Positions 1-9,339 of a DNA stretch of 64,000 bases are shown here, piece by piece. The translations under genes were made by a program, and so were the position numbers. Each line of letters opens with the position of its first letter. Positions within the stretch are counted from its first letter, which is position 1. The stretch comes from a phage. The DNA lies in assembly GCA_025823825.1 (NCBI GenBank), contig GCA_025823825.1_4720.1; one strand, 5' to 3'. Below the pieces are notes generated by a model, which saw nothing but the letters and a program-made list of their open reading frames with translations, searched no databases and had not been told where the DNA came from.

Positions 1-1070
1 CCACCTGACGCATGCATACCCCAACCACGCATCCAATCTTTATCACGCAGGTAGTGGTATTCCGTTAATGATGGTTTAACCCCTTCGCTCTGACTAACCA
101 CAATCGGGAACGGTAAGCCGGTGGGTCCGTTTTTAGCGCGCATGTTAAAGACTTGAATCAACTGCAGATCGGTATCCCCGATAAGGTTGTCACCAGGCCC
201 ACGCGGATAAAGGACGCGTTTATCCGCGTTCTGAAGAATCGTCAGTTTATCGATTTTCCAGAGGTTATTCGTATAAAACGTGAAGCGTTCCGGGACGTTC
301 TTAAACTTCTCATCGCCCTTAAACCCTTTCAGTTTTCGTACCGGTTGCTGTCCCGGCATACCACCAACGTTTACACCGTCACCAAGGTGGGCGGTCATGG
401 TAATGTAGATACCCGCCGACGCTGTGAGTACTGGCATCTGTGATAGAATCTGGCTTTTCGCAGCTGCTGAACGCATCGCTTCAGCATTCAGTTTTGCGCC
501 ACCCGCGGTTTCTTTATCGAACAGTGCATCAACGGCATCGATTGGTAATCCAGAGAAACTGTCGATGAGTACAACGGTCGGCAACCACCAGGTATAGTTC
601 TCACCATGTTTATTAATAAACGGAACGGCTTTGCGTTGAGATTTATCTTTGACCTTGTCGTCACGGAATTTCTTAATCGCATCAAACCAAATGTTACCGC
701 TCATCTGAACAGCATCGGTGATAAACACACGTTCTTCTTCGAAAAGATCGACACCGGCGATATTAGACATGTTCATCGCAAGCGTTAAGATACGTGTTGT
801 CGTTAACGACATTTCTGTGTCGTAAACGCTACTATTGCTGTTTGCGTAACGATCGATAACGCGTAACAAGCGAAACATTATGAACGTGGTTTTGTTCATG
901 TTGCCGCGAGCGCCTGCGCCCTCAACAAGCATCATACCGCCGTTACAAATGCTTTCACCGTGTTTACCGACATAGTACCGACCACCAGATGTGGGAATAT
1001 CCATTAAGCAACCAATGTTGAGATTAAAACGCATCTCTTCACCAGGAGAAAGGTACTTATTAAGATTCAT
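1..1070 (-). CDS. RecA-fold (RecA/UvsX-like) protein, 3' end cut by window edge
   Basis: Minus-strand ORF from ATG at 1068-1070 (GGAG upstream) stays open to position 1; absent from the ORF track because its stop lies outside the window. Motifs ...GGMMLVEGAGARGNMNKTTF... and ...VVLIDSFSGL... resemble the RecA P-loop and Walker B regions, but the P-loop is non-canonical. Confidence 0.4.
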   Translation of the reverse strand, partial: MNLNKYLSPGEEMRFNLNIGCLMDIPTSGGRYYVGKHGESICNGGMMLVEGAGARGNMNKTTFIMFRLLRVIDRYANSNSSVYDTEMSLTTTRILTLAMNMSNIAGVDLFEEERVFITDAVQMSGNIWFDAIKKFRDDKVKDKSQRKAVPFINKHGENYTWWLPTVVLIDSFSGLPIDAVDALFDKETAGGAKLNAEAMRSAAAKSQILSQMPVLTASAGIYITMTAHLGDGVNVGGMPGQQPVRKLKGFKGDEKFKNVPERFTFYTNNLWKIDKLTILQNADKRVLYPRGPGDNLIGDTDLQLIQVFNMRAKNGPTGLPFPIVVSQSEGVKPSLTEYHYLRDKDWMRGWGMHASG

Positions 1071-1168
1071 TGGGTAAAGACTCCTTCGATTCTTCGACTA
1101 ATTCTTAGTGTTCAGAGAATAACTATTTTTAGTTAAGACTGACAACCGCTATTTCCACGAGGACAATC

Positions 1169-2011
1169 ATGCATAAATTTACCATTCCTGAAGACCCGAT
1201 TACACTGCAGACCCTTTGGGATTCACATCGTGCTTTATCAATGGAAGGCTTTGCGCAAGACTTCGCTTCACTTACCGCAGTAACGAACCTTCGTAGTATG
1301 TTTACCAACGGTAAGAAGTTTGTTACCGATTGGCTTAAGAAACGTGATGTGACGGTTTATCCTAAAGTCTTCGATGACCTCGACACCATCTTTAGCAACA
1401 ACGCTTACAGCGAGCTCATTGGGTATCGCGCTTTTATTCCGAATGGTTTAAATGCGCCGATGTCAGATTATGTTGTTGCTTTAACCCAGAGCCTGGATAG
1501 CGTGATCGGTACCATCCTACCTGATTTGGATAAGTTGACCGTAACGTGCGCTAAAGCCGTCAACGACGTTAACTTCCGTCGTAGTAGTGGTATGGCTCAA
1601 ACGCTACCTAAAAACGATCCAGAGAACGTTCTAGAGACGTTACGTGCGATGTTCAAACAAGGGACGGTAACACAGACCACTGTAGGCCGTGCATATAAGA
1701 ACGAAGACGATATTCGTCAGATCGGAAAAGATCTGGATGCTTCCCGTATCCGTGCGCTTGACGTTAATCCTAAAGACGTGAAGAAGGCAATCGAACGTTT
1801 CATGGAGGTAGCTGACCGTTTAACCGAAATCCTGGTTCAAGACTACAATGAAGGTGCGGTGAGCAACGCGATGATTCGCGATATTAGTGACGCTATCTAC
1901 CAAACAGCCAAGCAGGCTGAACTGTATGCGTTTCTCGTGAACGCTTTGGCTGAGGCGATCATCGCATATAACGACACTTGGGACGCTGTTAAAAAGAACG
2001 CGAAAAAATAA
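1169..2011 (+). CDS. hypothetical protein (280 aa)
   Basis: Track ORF; GAGGA Shine-Dalgarno 6 nt upstream of ATG; followed by hairpin terminator. Confidence 0.6.
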   Translation: MHKFTIPEDPITLQTLWDSHRALSMEGFAQDFASLTAVTNLRSMFTNGKKFVTDWLKKRDVTVYPKVFDDLDTIFSNNAYSELIGYRAFIPNGLNAPMSDYVVALTQSLDSVIGTILPDLDKLTVTCAKAVNDVNFRRSSGMAQTLPKNDPENVLETLRAMFKQGTVTQTTVGRAYKNEDDIRQIGKDLDASRIRALDVNPKDVKKAIERFMEVADRLTEILVQDYNEGAVSNAMIRDISDAIYQTAKQAELYAFLVNALAEAIIAYNDTWDAVKKNAKK

Positions 2012-2019
2012 CATAATAA

Positions 2020-2055
2020 CCCACCCTACTACCCCGTTAAGGGCGGTAGGGTGGG
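2020..2055. terminator. GC-rich hairpin between convergent genes (putative bidirectional terminator)
   Basis: CCCACCCTAC...GTAGGGTGGG inverted repeat between the stop of 1169..2011 (+) and the stop of 2063..2494 (-). Confidence 0.5.
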
Positions 2056-2062
2056 ATAAGGT

Positions 2063-2494
2063 TTATTTGCCGTATAGTTGTACCACTCGTTGTGTCGTAG
2101 GAACGCAGACTCTTACCAGAAGCTTTTTAATCTCCTGACGAATCGTTGCTTTATCATCATAATAAAGCCATGGTGGAACGCGTTGCATTATGCACTGCAC
2201 GGCTTCATCGTAGTTCGTCGTCTCATTAAGTAACGTCTCACTATCCAGATCTTTCCATGCAGTAATACCAAGTCGCGCAGCAAACATCAACGCTGAAACC
2301 GACTCAGCTATCTCCAATCGCTCATTCATATCCGCAAGACCTTTCAGCATGATGTAATTATCGTCATGCTGGTGCAGGGTACCATACAAACTTCCGAAGA
2401 GAAGTATGCGTTTAGCTTTTGCGGTTAAGAGGAATGACAGGAGAGCGTATTTCAACGGTTGTTTCTCACGTTCTACCTGTTCGACCATCACCAT
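2063..2494 (-). CDS. hypothetical protein (143 aa)
   Basis: Track ORF immediately downstream of the RNase H gene on the same strand. Confidence 0.5.
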   Translation of the reverse strand: MVMVEQVEREKQPLKYALLSFLLTAKAKRILLFGSLYGTLHQHDDNYIMLKGLADMNERLEIAESVSALMFAARLGITAWKDLDSETLLNETTNYDEAVQCIMQRVPPWLYYDDKATIRQEIKKLLVRVCVPTTQRVVQLYGK

Positions 2495-2497
2495 TGA

Positions 2498-4036
2498 TTA
2501 CTCCAACACATAACGTGGGTTACTGTATATGTTAGCCCATATACCAACGTCGTCGCCTGATTCAATAATCACAGCGAAACGAAACGCAACATCAGACTCA
2601 CGATAGGTTACCGCGTACGCTTTCGTTTCTGGCGATGCTAAATAGCTCAAGTTCAGACGTTGAGGCAGGTCTAACCCCAAGGACATGGTACAAGACGTAA
2701 CGCCCTGCTTATCGGGGTTCAGTCTGTAATTCACATCCACCTTCAGGCTTTTCGTAACCTGCGTAATCGCACTATGCACTTTGGTAACCGTTTTGCCTTT
2801 CTTATCCTTTTCTGTTTCGAAAAGAACGTCGGTAATTTCGGTTACAACCAGGCGCGGTGTGGATTCGCGGTTAGCGTCAAGCCATTCATCCAGTAACGTC
2901 TTTAAGAAGTTCAAAGAATCAATCGCGCGCCAAGCAAGGTTAGGTGGATTGCACGCTTCCATTAGAATGGCTGTGTTGGATCCACCTAGCGGAAGATGCA
3001 CGCTCTTACCGAGGCCCGTCGGACGCATCGTAAGATCGCACTCGCCCTCAAGAATATCGCGATGATATTGACGATGATGAAGGTTATCCGTGTATGCGAT
3101 ATACACTGACTCCGTTGTCCCATGCTCTAATACCCGAGATGCATGCGTACGCATAATCTCAACAGCGTCATCCGGCTTGCTTAAATAGATAACACTATAC
3201 GCACTATCGCTAATCCTTTTCCCTAACTCAAGACGTCCCTTGTTGTCTTTATCAGTGTTACCACCGAAATAGATGTAGCGGCCATCTTTCGCACGCTCTT
3301 GCTGCTGGTTGGTGGTAAAGTAGCAGCGTGAGAACGTAAAGAACGGGCTTATTTCCGGTTCGGGGCTCCAATACCCCTTAGCCGGAAGTTCGCGGCGTAT
3401 TTGGGTTCTTACAGCCCAGTCCTGGTTTTGTGACAGATATGTTCCACGCGTCGCCAGCATATCCGCACGTTCGTTACCTACATTGCCCTCATGTCCAGGA
3501 ACGTAGCGCAGCGAAATATCGATAGCGTCGCGCTTCGCATCCCTTATCGCGCTATCGAGTTTCCGCCACCGTTCCGCATTCATTAACGGTTTATTGTCGG
3601 ATTTAACCCAGTTGTTCTCTCGCCAATTAGCAAGATGGTTGGTGGCACCTACAACAACATATTGGCTGTCCGACAACAGCTGGATCCGTTTTGCCCCCTT
3701 TGCTTTTCCAAGTTCAATCGCACGTATTGCGGCATCCAACTCAGCCTGATTGTTCGTTACGTTGAAACCCAAAGCCTCTAACTCATCCACGTATTCCTTG
3801 GGTTCGACCAGCACAGCGTCTTTAGGAAAGTCGAGTTTAGGGTCAACATAACCGTATTGCGTTGGTTTGGGCTTCCCACTTTTTGAGGGTTCCAAGGTGC
3901 CTTTTATTTCTTTCACCATATCGTAGGTGTAGCCATGCACGCCGTAGCCACCATACCCACTCGATGTTGGACGGGATCCTCCATCGCAGTAGAAAACGGC
4001 ACCAAGCTCAGTATTTCCTGCCATTGTAAACCTCAT
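2498..4036 (-). CDS. rnh: ribonuclease H domain protein with ~300-aa C-terminal extension
   Basis: N-terminal ~200 aa carry RNase HI hallmarks: ...VFYCDGGSRP... (Asp), ...NNQAELDAAIRAIE... (Glu), ...LLSDSQYVV... (Asp), ...HEGNVGNERADMLA... (Asp). Probable true start is the second ATG at 4024 (GAGG 7 nt upstream). Confidence 0.85.
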   Translation of the reverse strand: MRFTMAGNTELGAVFYCDGGSRPTSSGYGGYGVHGYTYDMVKEIKGTLEPSKSGKPKPTQYGYVDPKLDFPKDAVLVEPKEYVDELEALGFNVTNNQAELDAAIRAIELGKAKGAKRIQLLSDSQYVVVGATNHLANWRENNWVKSDNKPLMNAERWRKLDSAIRDAKRDAIDISLRYVPGHEGNVGNERADMLATRGTYLSQNQDWAVRTQIRRELPAKGYWSPEPEISPFFTFSRCYFTTNQQQERAKDGRYIYFGGNTDKDNKGRLELGKRISDSAYSVIYLSKPDDAVEIMRTHASRVLEHGTTESVYIAYTDNLHHRQYHRDILEGECDLTMRPTGLGKSVHLPLGGSNTAILMEACNPPNLAWRAIDSLNFLKTLLDEWLDANRESTPRLVVTEITDVLFETEKDKKGKTVTKVHSAITQVTKSLKVDVNYRLNPDKQGVTSCTMSLGLDLPQRLNLSYLASPETKAYAVTYRESDVAFRFAVIIESGDDVGIWANIYSNPRYVLE

Positions 4037-4074
4037 TAATCATTGTCCGTATGATAGCCCAAAGTTGTACGGTA

Positions 4075-4626
4075 TTACCGATTACCGTCGGTTGACGTTG
4101 GTTGATTGCGATTGACTTTCATTGACCGCAGTTTTCCGCCGTTAATTACGCATTGATTGCGTTGTTCGACGGAGGTCAGACTATTACAAACATAATAGGT
4201 ATCGATAAAACGATCAACGCGTTCTTGAAACTTCCTCTCGTCAACTTGCTCTTTTTCAAAAGTTCGTAACGCTCGATCAACCTCACCCTGGAGAATCCGG
4301 TTCTGTTCAACCATACTGTCGATTAAACGGCCTCGTACTTCGTTCGATGTGTAGAGTTGACGAATCAGTTCTCGGTTGGTGTCTCGCGCATAACGCAATG
4401 TTGTATTTTCCTGACGTAAACTATTCACATCAGCCATCAAGGTAATGATTTTTTCGCCAGCAAATAACGTCACGATACCCAATACGATGAAAAAACCCGT
4501 AATCAAGAATATCGAGGACTGTCGAGCTCCATCTCGACGAGAACGTGTAGGCGGTCGCTTACTTCGCCGAAACAACTCGCGAAGAAAAGGGAAAAGCCAG
4601 GGCAACGCCTTGAGTGTAGTAAACAT
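4075..4626 (-). CDS. membrane-anchored coiled-coil protein (184 aa)
   Basis: Start moved to internal ATG at 4626 (AAGGA upstream), because the longer ORF would overlap the divergent gene. Basic N-terminus, one predicted TM helix (SSIFLITGFFIVLGIVTLFAG), then a heptad-rich charged region. Confidence 0.5.
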   Translation of the reverse strand: MFTTLKALPWLFPFLRELFRRSKRPPTRSRRDGARQSSIFLITGFFIVLGIVTLFAGEKIITLMADVNSLRQENTTLRYARDTNRELIRQLYTSNEVRGRLIDSMVEQNRILQGEVDRALRTFEKEQVDERKFQERVDRFIDTYYVCNSLTSVEQRNQCVINGGKLRSMKVNRNQPTSTDGNR

Positions 4627-4680
4627 GCGTGTGTCCTTGATAGTATGAAATTTCCAATACAACTTAACCGAGGACGTCGA

Positions 4681-6021
4681 ATGATTAGTATTTTTGGTTT
4701 TTATACGTACAAAGGGTACGCTAATAACCACCCAAAAACCACGGCGAAATTCGGTGAGTTCAGTCAGCACAGTGCTACGTTCAGTCGCGAGATCGGCATC
4801 TATACCAACACGGCGTACGCACGTACGACCTTATTAGTGTTGAATGCAGAAAACGAAGCTGGTGAGGCACAAACGCTGGATGACGACACCGCAGGCCGCA
4901 TTCTTCAGGTTGGTCAATGGTTGCTGGAAAAAGCCTCATCGGGCGAAATCCAGGAAGACCGAGACCAAGTTATCAGCTACCTAAAAGACGACTTCACAAC
5001 GTATCTGGATTCTATCGACATCCCAACACCCACCACCGATGGGAAAGTCTATCTACCGGCGTGGATCAGTTTCAAGATAACAGCCACCGGCGATGTTGTC
5101 AAGATTTGGTTGTCTGATAGCGTATTCCAAAGTCAATATCCAAAATACGAATATGAAGTCGTTCCTCCTGTTCCTAAGGATCAGTTAGATACCTTCTTCG
5201 AAGATCTGGCAACATTGAAGAAACTGGTTGACAGTCGAAGCAGCGAGAAACTGACCGAAGAAATCAACGAGGTGCGCGACCAATTCCCAGACACACAATT
5301 GTGGACGAAAACCTATAAAGCGTACGATTACACCGACGATTCGAAATACATTAATACCGATTGGACGGTGATTATCTACGGTGCAGCAGGTAACAACATT
5401 GATAATATCAAGGAGTTCCTGCAAAACTGGATTCTTAGCAATAGCACGCACGGACGTCCAGACTGGGAAATCGTTCTGCCGGATCTTTTTATTCCGACAG
5501 AACACATCTTCATCCCAATCTGGAACCGCCACAGTGCGCCAGAGATGACCAATCAGGCACGTATCTATAGCCCTATCTTCGATGATTCGTTGATGGATAC
5601 CTACCTGAAAAACTTTGCTGATGGTTACGGCGAAACCGCCGAAGTCCGTAAAACGCTTCAAGCGGTGCCGACGTTGTGGCGTTCGATCGGTTTCTTAAGC
5701 GTTGGTAACTCACGTAACCGTGACGGTAAACTTAAGTTCTACGATCGTTGGCCGCAATACGCGCTCATCAGCACAACCAGCATCGACATTAACCGTATCG
5801 ACGATGCGACACGTGAATTCATCACGTTCACTTACGAAATGCTGAAACTGGCAGAATCGCTCACCGAAGACGACCCGGTACCGTTGGGTTATAGTCGTGT
5901 TACGCGCGGTAGCAATAGCTTCTTAGCGAAAAGCCACAACGATGTTCAGTATCTCTTCTTAACAAAAGAAGCGTTCCTGAAGAAAATGCCGGATGAAGCC
6001 GACACGCCTGTTGGAGGTTGA
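4681..6021 (+). CDS. hypothetical protein (446 aa)
   Basis: Track ORF 4645..6021 trimmed to ATG at 4681, which has GAGGA 8 nt upstream; divergent from 4075..4626. Confidence 0.6.
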   Translation: MISIFGFYTYKGYANNHPKTTAKFGEFSQHSATFSREIGIYTNTAYARTTLLVLNAENEAGEAQTLDDDTAGRILQVGQWLLEKASSGEIQEDRDQVISYLKDDFTTYLDSIDIPTPTTDGKVYLPAWISFKITATGDVVKIWLSDSVFQSQYPKYEYEVVPPVPKDQLDTFFEDLATLKKLVDSRSSEKLTEEINEVRDQFPDTQLWTKTYKAYDYTDDSKYINTDWTVIIYGAAGNNIDNIKEFLQNWILSNSTHGRPDWEIVLPDLFIPTEHIFIPIWNRHSAPEMTNQARIYSPIFDDSLMDTYLKNFADGYGETAEVRKTLQAVPTLWRSIGFLSVGNSRNRDGKLKFYDRWPQYALISTTSIDINRIDDATREFITFTYEMLKLAESLTEDDPVPLGYSRVTRGSNSFLAKSHNDVQYLFLTKEAFLKKMPDEADTPVGG

Positions 6022-6023
6022 TT

Positions 6024-6650
6024 ATGGCTGTAACACGCATGACGCCAAGTCCCGGTGCGGTCGGGGTATTCACAGTATCAGCGCCGTTCTCCGTTGGTGC
6101 GTCAACGCTATATACTGTTACAGCGTTGCGAAGATTCAGCGAAGTCATCGGTAGTGGAATCGATCTATTTACGGAACTGTACGAACCGTTATCAATAGAC
6201 AAATCCACTTTCGAAGCGCATCTCGAAGCGAATGCTTATCTCGTCACGTTGCAACCGGATTACGGTGCACCCGTACTGGTACCTGATACGTATATCACGT
6301 CGTACCCAAAGAACGATTCCTTGCGGTATCGTCGCATTATTCTGGGTATCGATTTCGGGCCTCTTCCTCCCGGTCTTGACCTTTCGTATTTAACAACGAT
6401 ATTGAAAGGTAAGGCTAGTGATATTCTTGGTGTCGAACCTGAAGTTAAAACGATGGAAATCACTCTCGATGATACCGTTACTCAGGAACAGCATCAGATA
6501 AACGAAGCCCGTCGTCAGGCTGCGATAAAAGAGCGAGATACCATTTACGCACGCTGTGAAACGCAAGAGAAGCAGATAACGGCTTTACTTGCAACCCAAA
6601 AGCAACTTATCAAATTGCTTCAAGACGCCGGTATCAATCCGACACCTTAA
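6024..6650 (+). CDS. hypothetical protein (208 aa)
   Basis: Track ORF begins at a TTG; the ATG at 6024 has GGAGG 6 nt upstream and overlaps the stop of the upstream gene. Confidence 0.55.
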   Translation: MAVTRMTPSPGAVGVFTVSAPFSVGASTLYTVTALRRFSEVIGSGIDLFTELYEPLSIDKSTFEAHLEANAYLVTLQPDYGAPVLVPDTYITSYPKNDSLRYRRIILGIDFGPLPPGLDLSYLTTILKGKASDILGVEPEVKTMEITLDDTVTQEQHQINEARRQAAIKERDTIYARCETQEKQITALLATQKQLIKLLQDAGINPTP

Positions 6651-6656
6651 CATATT

Positions 6657-6688
6657 CCCTCCTCCTTCCCTGACGGGTTGGAGGAGGG
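6657..6688. terminator. conserved CCTCC/GGAGG hairpin element (family member 1)
   Basis: CCCTCCTCC-TTCCC-TGAC-GGGTT-GGAGGAGGG; flanked by CATAT on the 5' side and TTATG on the 3' side. Confidence 0.6.
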
Positions 6689-6702
6689 TTATGCCGTCAA
6701 GC

Positions 6703-6717
6703 AAAAAAAAAAAAAAA
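6703..6717. repeat. A15 homopolymer tract
   Basis: 15 consecutive A between the two hairpins; on the minus strand it is a U15 run, but it lies downstream of the second hairpin in minus-strand transcription, so it is not the U-tract of a canonical intrinsic terminator. Confidence 0.9.
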
Positions 6718-6722
6718 TGATA

Positions 6723-6755
6723 GTCACAGGCCCTCCAATGAAGGAGAGCCGTGAC
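6723..6755 (-). terminator. hairpin immediately after stop of 6763..7482
   Basis: GTCACAGGCCCTCC-AATGAA-GGAGAGCCGTGAC imperfect inverted repeat; the A15/T15 run is adjacent. Confidence 0.55.
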
Positions 6756-6762
6756 CGTCAGT

Positions 6763-7482
6763 TTAGGATGCGGATAATCTAGCGTACTTCTGTCGAATAT
6801 AGTTCTTACGGCGAACTTCGTCATCCTCGTCACGCCATTCGAGATAAGCAACGAAACGGCGTAACTGTGCCGCAGTCATCGTTGACGATCGGTCTTTTAC
6901 ATCTAGAACGACGTAACGAACGTCATCAACGCCGTCGCAACCAACATAACGGAATACCAAAAGACCGTTATCGTATTCAATGATGATAACTTCGAATCGT
7001 TTCTCGAACAAATAAAACAGTTCTGATTCAATGATCATCGGAACTACGCATTTATCATCATGATCGATGATTTTCATCATCACCCGTAACGCGCGAGGAG
7101 TATGACGAGCGAACTGACCGTCGAAACGTTGTTTCATCGTTTGTTCCACGTCGTCTGTTTTTGTTCCAGGCCAAGGACGCACTACAGATTTCGGTGGTGT
7201 AAGACGGCAGCGGTACGCTTGTATAAACAACAGAATATCAGCAACATTAGGAAATTCATCCTGGTCTTTGTATAGCTTACGGATAATATCCGGGATCGTA
7301 GTCAACAAATATTTCTTATCGCCTCCCACTTTCTCGAGATTAGCGATATGTCCTTCTACCACAGGCTGGTAAACAAAATTATACCAGTGGTGGTATTTTG
7401 CAACGTGTTGGTATTTCGGGATGAGATTAAGAACAGTATTTACTGCGCGTTTTAATGGGTTCATCAGAAGAATCCTTCTCAT
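6763..7482 (-). CDS. hypothetical protein (239 aa)
   Basis: Track ORF; ATG overlaps the stop of the upstream gene (ATGA); last gene of an operon behind the promoter-like motif at ~9.2 kb. Confidence 0.6.
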   Translation of the reverse strand: MRRILLMNPLKRAVNTVLNLIPKYQHVAKYHHWYNFVYQPVVEGHIANLEKVGGDKKYLLTTIPDIIRKLYKDQDEFPNVADILLFIQAYRCRLTPPKSVVRPWPGTKTDDVEQTMKQRFDGQFARHTPRALRVMMKIIDHDDKCVVPMIIESELFYLFEKRFEVIIIEYDNGLLVFRYVGCDGVDDVRYVVLDVKDRSSTMTAAQLRRFVAYLEWRDEDDEVRRKNYIRQKYARLSAS

Positions 7483-7913
7483 GTTTTAATATGCACATCG
7501 TCAATCCCCTCGGTAATCCAGCCGATGGGAAGGACAATCGTTGTTATCGTGTTATGTGTGTAAGGATTAAGAAAATGGAAATAGTAATTTGTGTTGGATT
7601 GTTCGATACGTAGGTCGAGCTGTGCGTCTTCAGGTAACCGTAACCAAGCACCGTACAGTTCATTAAACTTACGCTGAATTTTACCGGGGTTCATTGGAAC
7701 CCCACGACCACGTTGATGCAGCTGACGTAATGATTCAATCAAACACTCAGAGATACCCGTTGTCGTTCCGTTATCGCTCGTATCAACAACGATGAACTCT
7801 CGTGACCCACGACCAAGATAAAAACCAGCAACAAAAGCTGCAGCAACAAAAAATATCGTACCGATACCAATATACCAGTAGTAAGCATCCATAACGGCCT
7901 CACTTATACCCAA
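7479..7913 (-). CDS. membrane protein (144 aa)
   Basis: Track ORF; N-terminal hydrophobic helix YYWYIGIGTIFFVAAAFVAGFYLG. Confidence 0.6.
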   Translation of the reverse strand: MGISEAVMDAYYWYIGIGTIFFVAAAFVAGFYLGRGSREFIVVDTSDNGTTTGISECLIESLRQLHQRGRGVPMNPGKIQRKFNELYGAWLRLPEDAQLDLRIEQSNTNYYFHFLNPYTHNTITTIVLPIGWITEGIDDVHIKT

Positions 7914-8437
7914 TAGTCGGCAAGCGGTTTCACCTTATTAATGGGCAACTGTACTTTACCGATGTTCTCTACATCCGCATCCGCATAGAGAACAATTTTA
8001 TCATCGTCTCTTTCCCAACGAATAATGAATCGACCAGGAAGAAGATTACCCTGTTCAAGAGACGCAGTAACCTGTTGTGTTAAAACAGACAACCAAGCAG
8101 GCATCAGTGTTGCGATGTCTAAGTCATTTGACCACTCAGCGCGTTGCTCCACTGGACGTAACATACGTTCGACGGTGCGTTGAACTGTTGCGGTGATATA
8201 GCCTTTATCTTCGTCACTGATTGGATCAGGGCGAGACACAAAACGTTCAGCAGGCTTGTGGGTAATATACTCATGCAAATCGATGAGTGGTGTTGTCATA
8301 GTACTCGCTCCATCAGAATGTAATTGGGTAACCCGTAGGGTTGTCTGCATGCTATTCAGCAGCGCAAAAGCGCCATAAACAACAATGATACTAAGTACGA
8401 CCAAAACAGAAATCATTAATGTGTATTGCATTGCCAT
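7904..8437 (-). CDS. membrane protein (177 aa)
   Basis: Track ORF; N-terminal hydrophobic helix LMISVLVVLSIIVVYGAFALL. Confidence 0.6.
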   Translation of the reverse strand: MAMQYTLMISVLVVLSIIVVYGAFALLNSMQTTLRVTQLHSDGASTMTTPLIDLHEYITHKPAERFVSRPDPISDEDKGYITATVQRTVERMLRPVEQRAEWSNDLDIATLMPAWLSVLTQQVTASLEQGNLLPGRFIIRWERDDDKIVLYADADVENIGKVQLPINKVKPLADYWV

Positions 8438-8498
8438 CTCCTACTCACACGTATCTTGAAGATTAGTTAAAATCAACAAAAGAAAAAACGATATAAAG

Positions 8499-8526
8499 CA
8501 AGGTCCTCTGATATCAGAGGACCTTG
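8499..8526. terminator. perfect 28-nt palindrome (13-bp stem) inside the operon
   Basis: CAAGGTCCTCTGA-TA-TCAGAGGACCTTG between the genes 8533..9189 and 7904..8437; on the minus strand it is followed by a T-rich run (CTTTATATCGTTTTTTCTTTTG). Confidence 0.55.
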
Positions 8527-8532
8527 GATCAA

Positions 8533-9189
8533 TTAGCTTGCAGCTTCTTCATTTGTATCAGGTTTGCTTCCCCCTAACAAACCGTCAAACAGACCCGTAT
8601 GTTTCAGGTAGAAGAGAGCGATAGCACCCATTGCCGCTGCGCTCGTCGCCGTTAACGCAACCCCAGCACGATACTGCCATTTACGGTCAGGCTTTTGATC
8701 AAGCGCCATACGACGCATGTATTCAGCCTCTGCTTCATTCCGATGAATTTCGGATTCAGCCAAGCGGGCTAAGGTATCGCGGTCAAGGTTATCATAACGT
8801 ACGTTCATGGTGGTTTCCTCTTGTTTGGAAGTTGATTGCTTAGTGGATTCTTGGTCAACAGTCGTTTCAGATGGTTCAAACGGCTGGTTGTTCATTTTCT
8901 TATCTTTATCGGACATGATGGACTCCTTCGATTTTTGAGATGAAATTGATTTAAACCATCGTGGATGGCGGTATTCTGTTTTACATGTACAGTTAAGTTT
9001 CTCGTGCAGGAAAGCGTAAAAACGTTTTGCGCCTACACGTAAGGCTTTCAGCATTACCCATCCACGAGCACTCAAACGGTGTAGCTGTTGCGGTATGTCT
9101 AGTTTCCTAGCCAAGCGAAAGTATCTTTCAATCACTTCGATAGGAAACCATTGTTGTTCCACATCGGTGAGACTGAAAGTCTTATCCAT
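8533..9189 (-). CDS. C-terminally membrane-anchored protein (218 aa)
   Basis: Track ORF; C-terminal hydrophobic segment GVALTATSAAAMGAIALFYL. An in-frame internal ATG at 8916 has a strong AAGGAG upstream and could be the real start (127 aa). Confidence 0.5.
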   Translation of the reverse strand: MDKTFSLTDVEQQWFPIEVIERYFRLARKLDIPQQLHRLSARGWVMLKALRVGAKRFYAFLHEKLNCTCKTEYRHPRWFKSISSQKSKESIMSDKDKKMNNQPFEPSETTVDQESTKQSTSKQEETTMNVRYDNLDRDTLARLAESEIHRNEAEAEYMRRMALDQKPDRKWQYRAGVALTATSAAAMGAIALFYLKHTGLFDGLLGGSKPDTNEEAAS

Positions 9190-9212
9190 GAATGAAATCT
9201 CGCTGGCTTACT

Positions 9213-9237
9213 TCACCTAAGTAATATAGCCGTGAAA
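9213..9237 (-). promoter_or_regulatory. promoter-like motif, copy 1 (TATATTAC core)
   Basis: Minus-strand reading TTTCACGGCTATATTACTTAGGTGA, about 25 nt upstream of the ATG at 9189; near-identical to the copies at 21.76 kb and 58.6 kb. Confidence 0.55.
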
Positions 9238-9339
9238 AATGTTGGATTAAGTTAAATACTGCAACCGTAACTGATTTTATGGGCTTTTAGCCTAAACCAA
9301 TCATCTTCGGAATCATCATCTTTGAAACAGGAATCTATC

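Noticed and set aside
8631-8843. 70-aa plus-strand ORF
   Set aside because: Antisense to the operon gene 8533..9189, with no ribosome-binding site.
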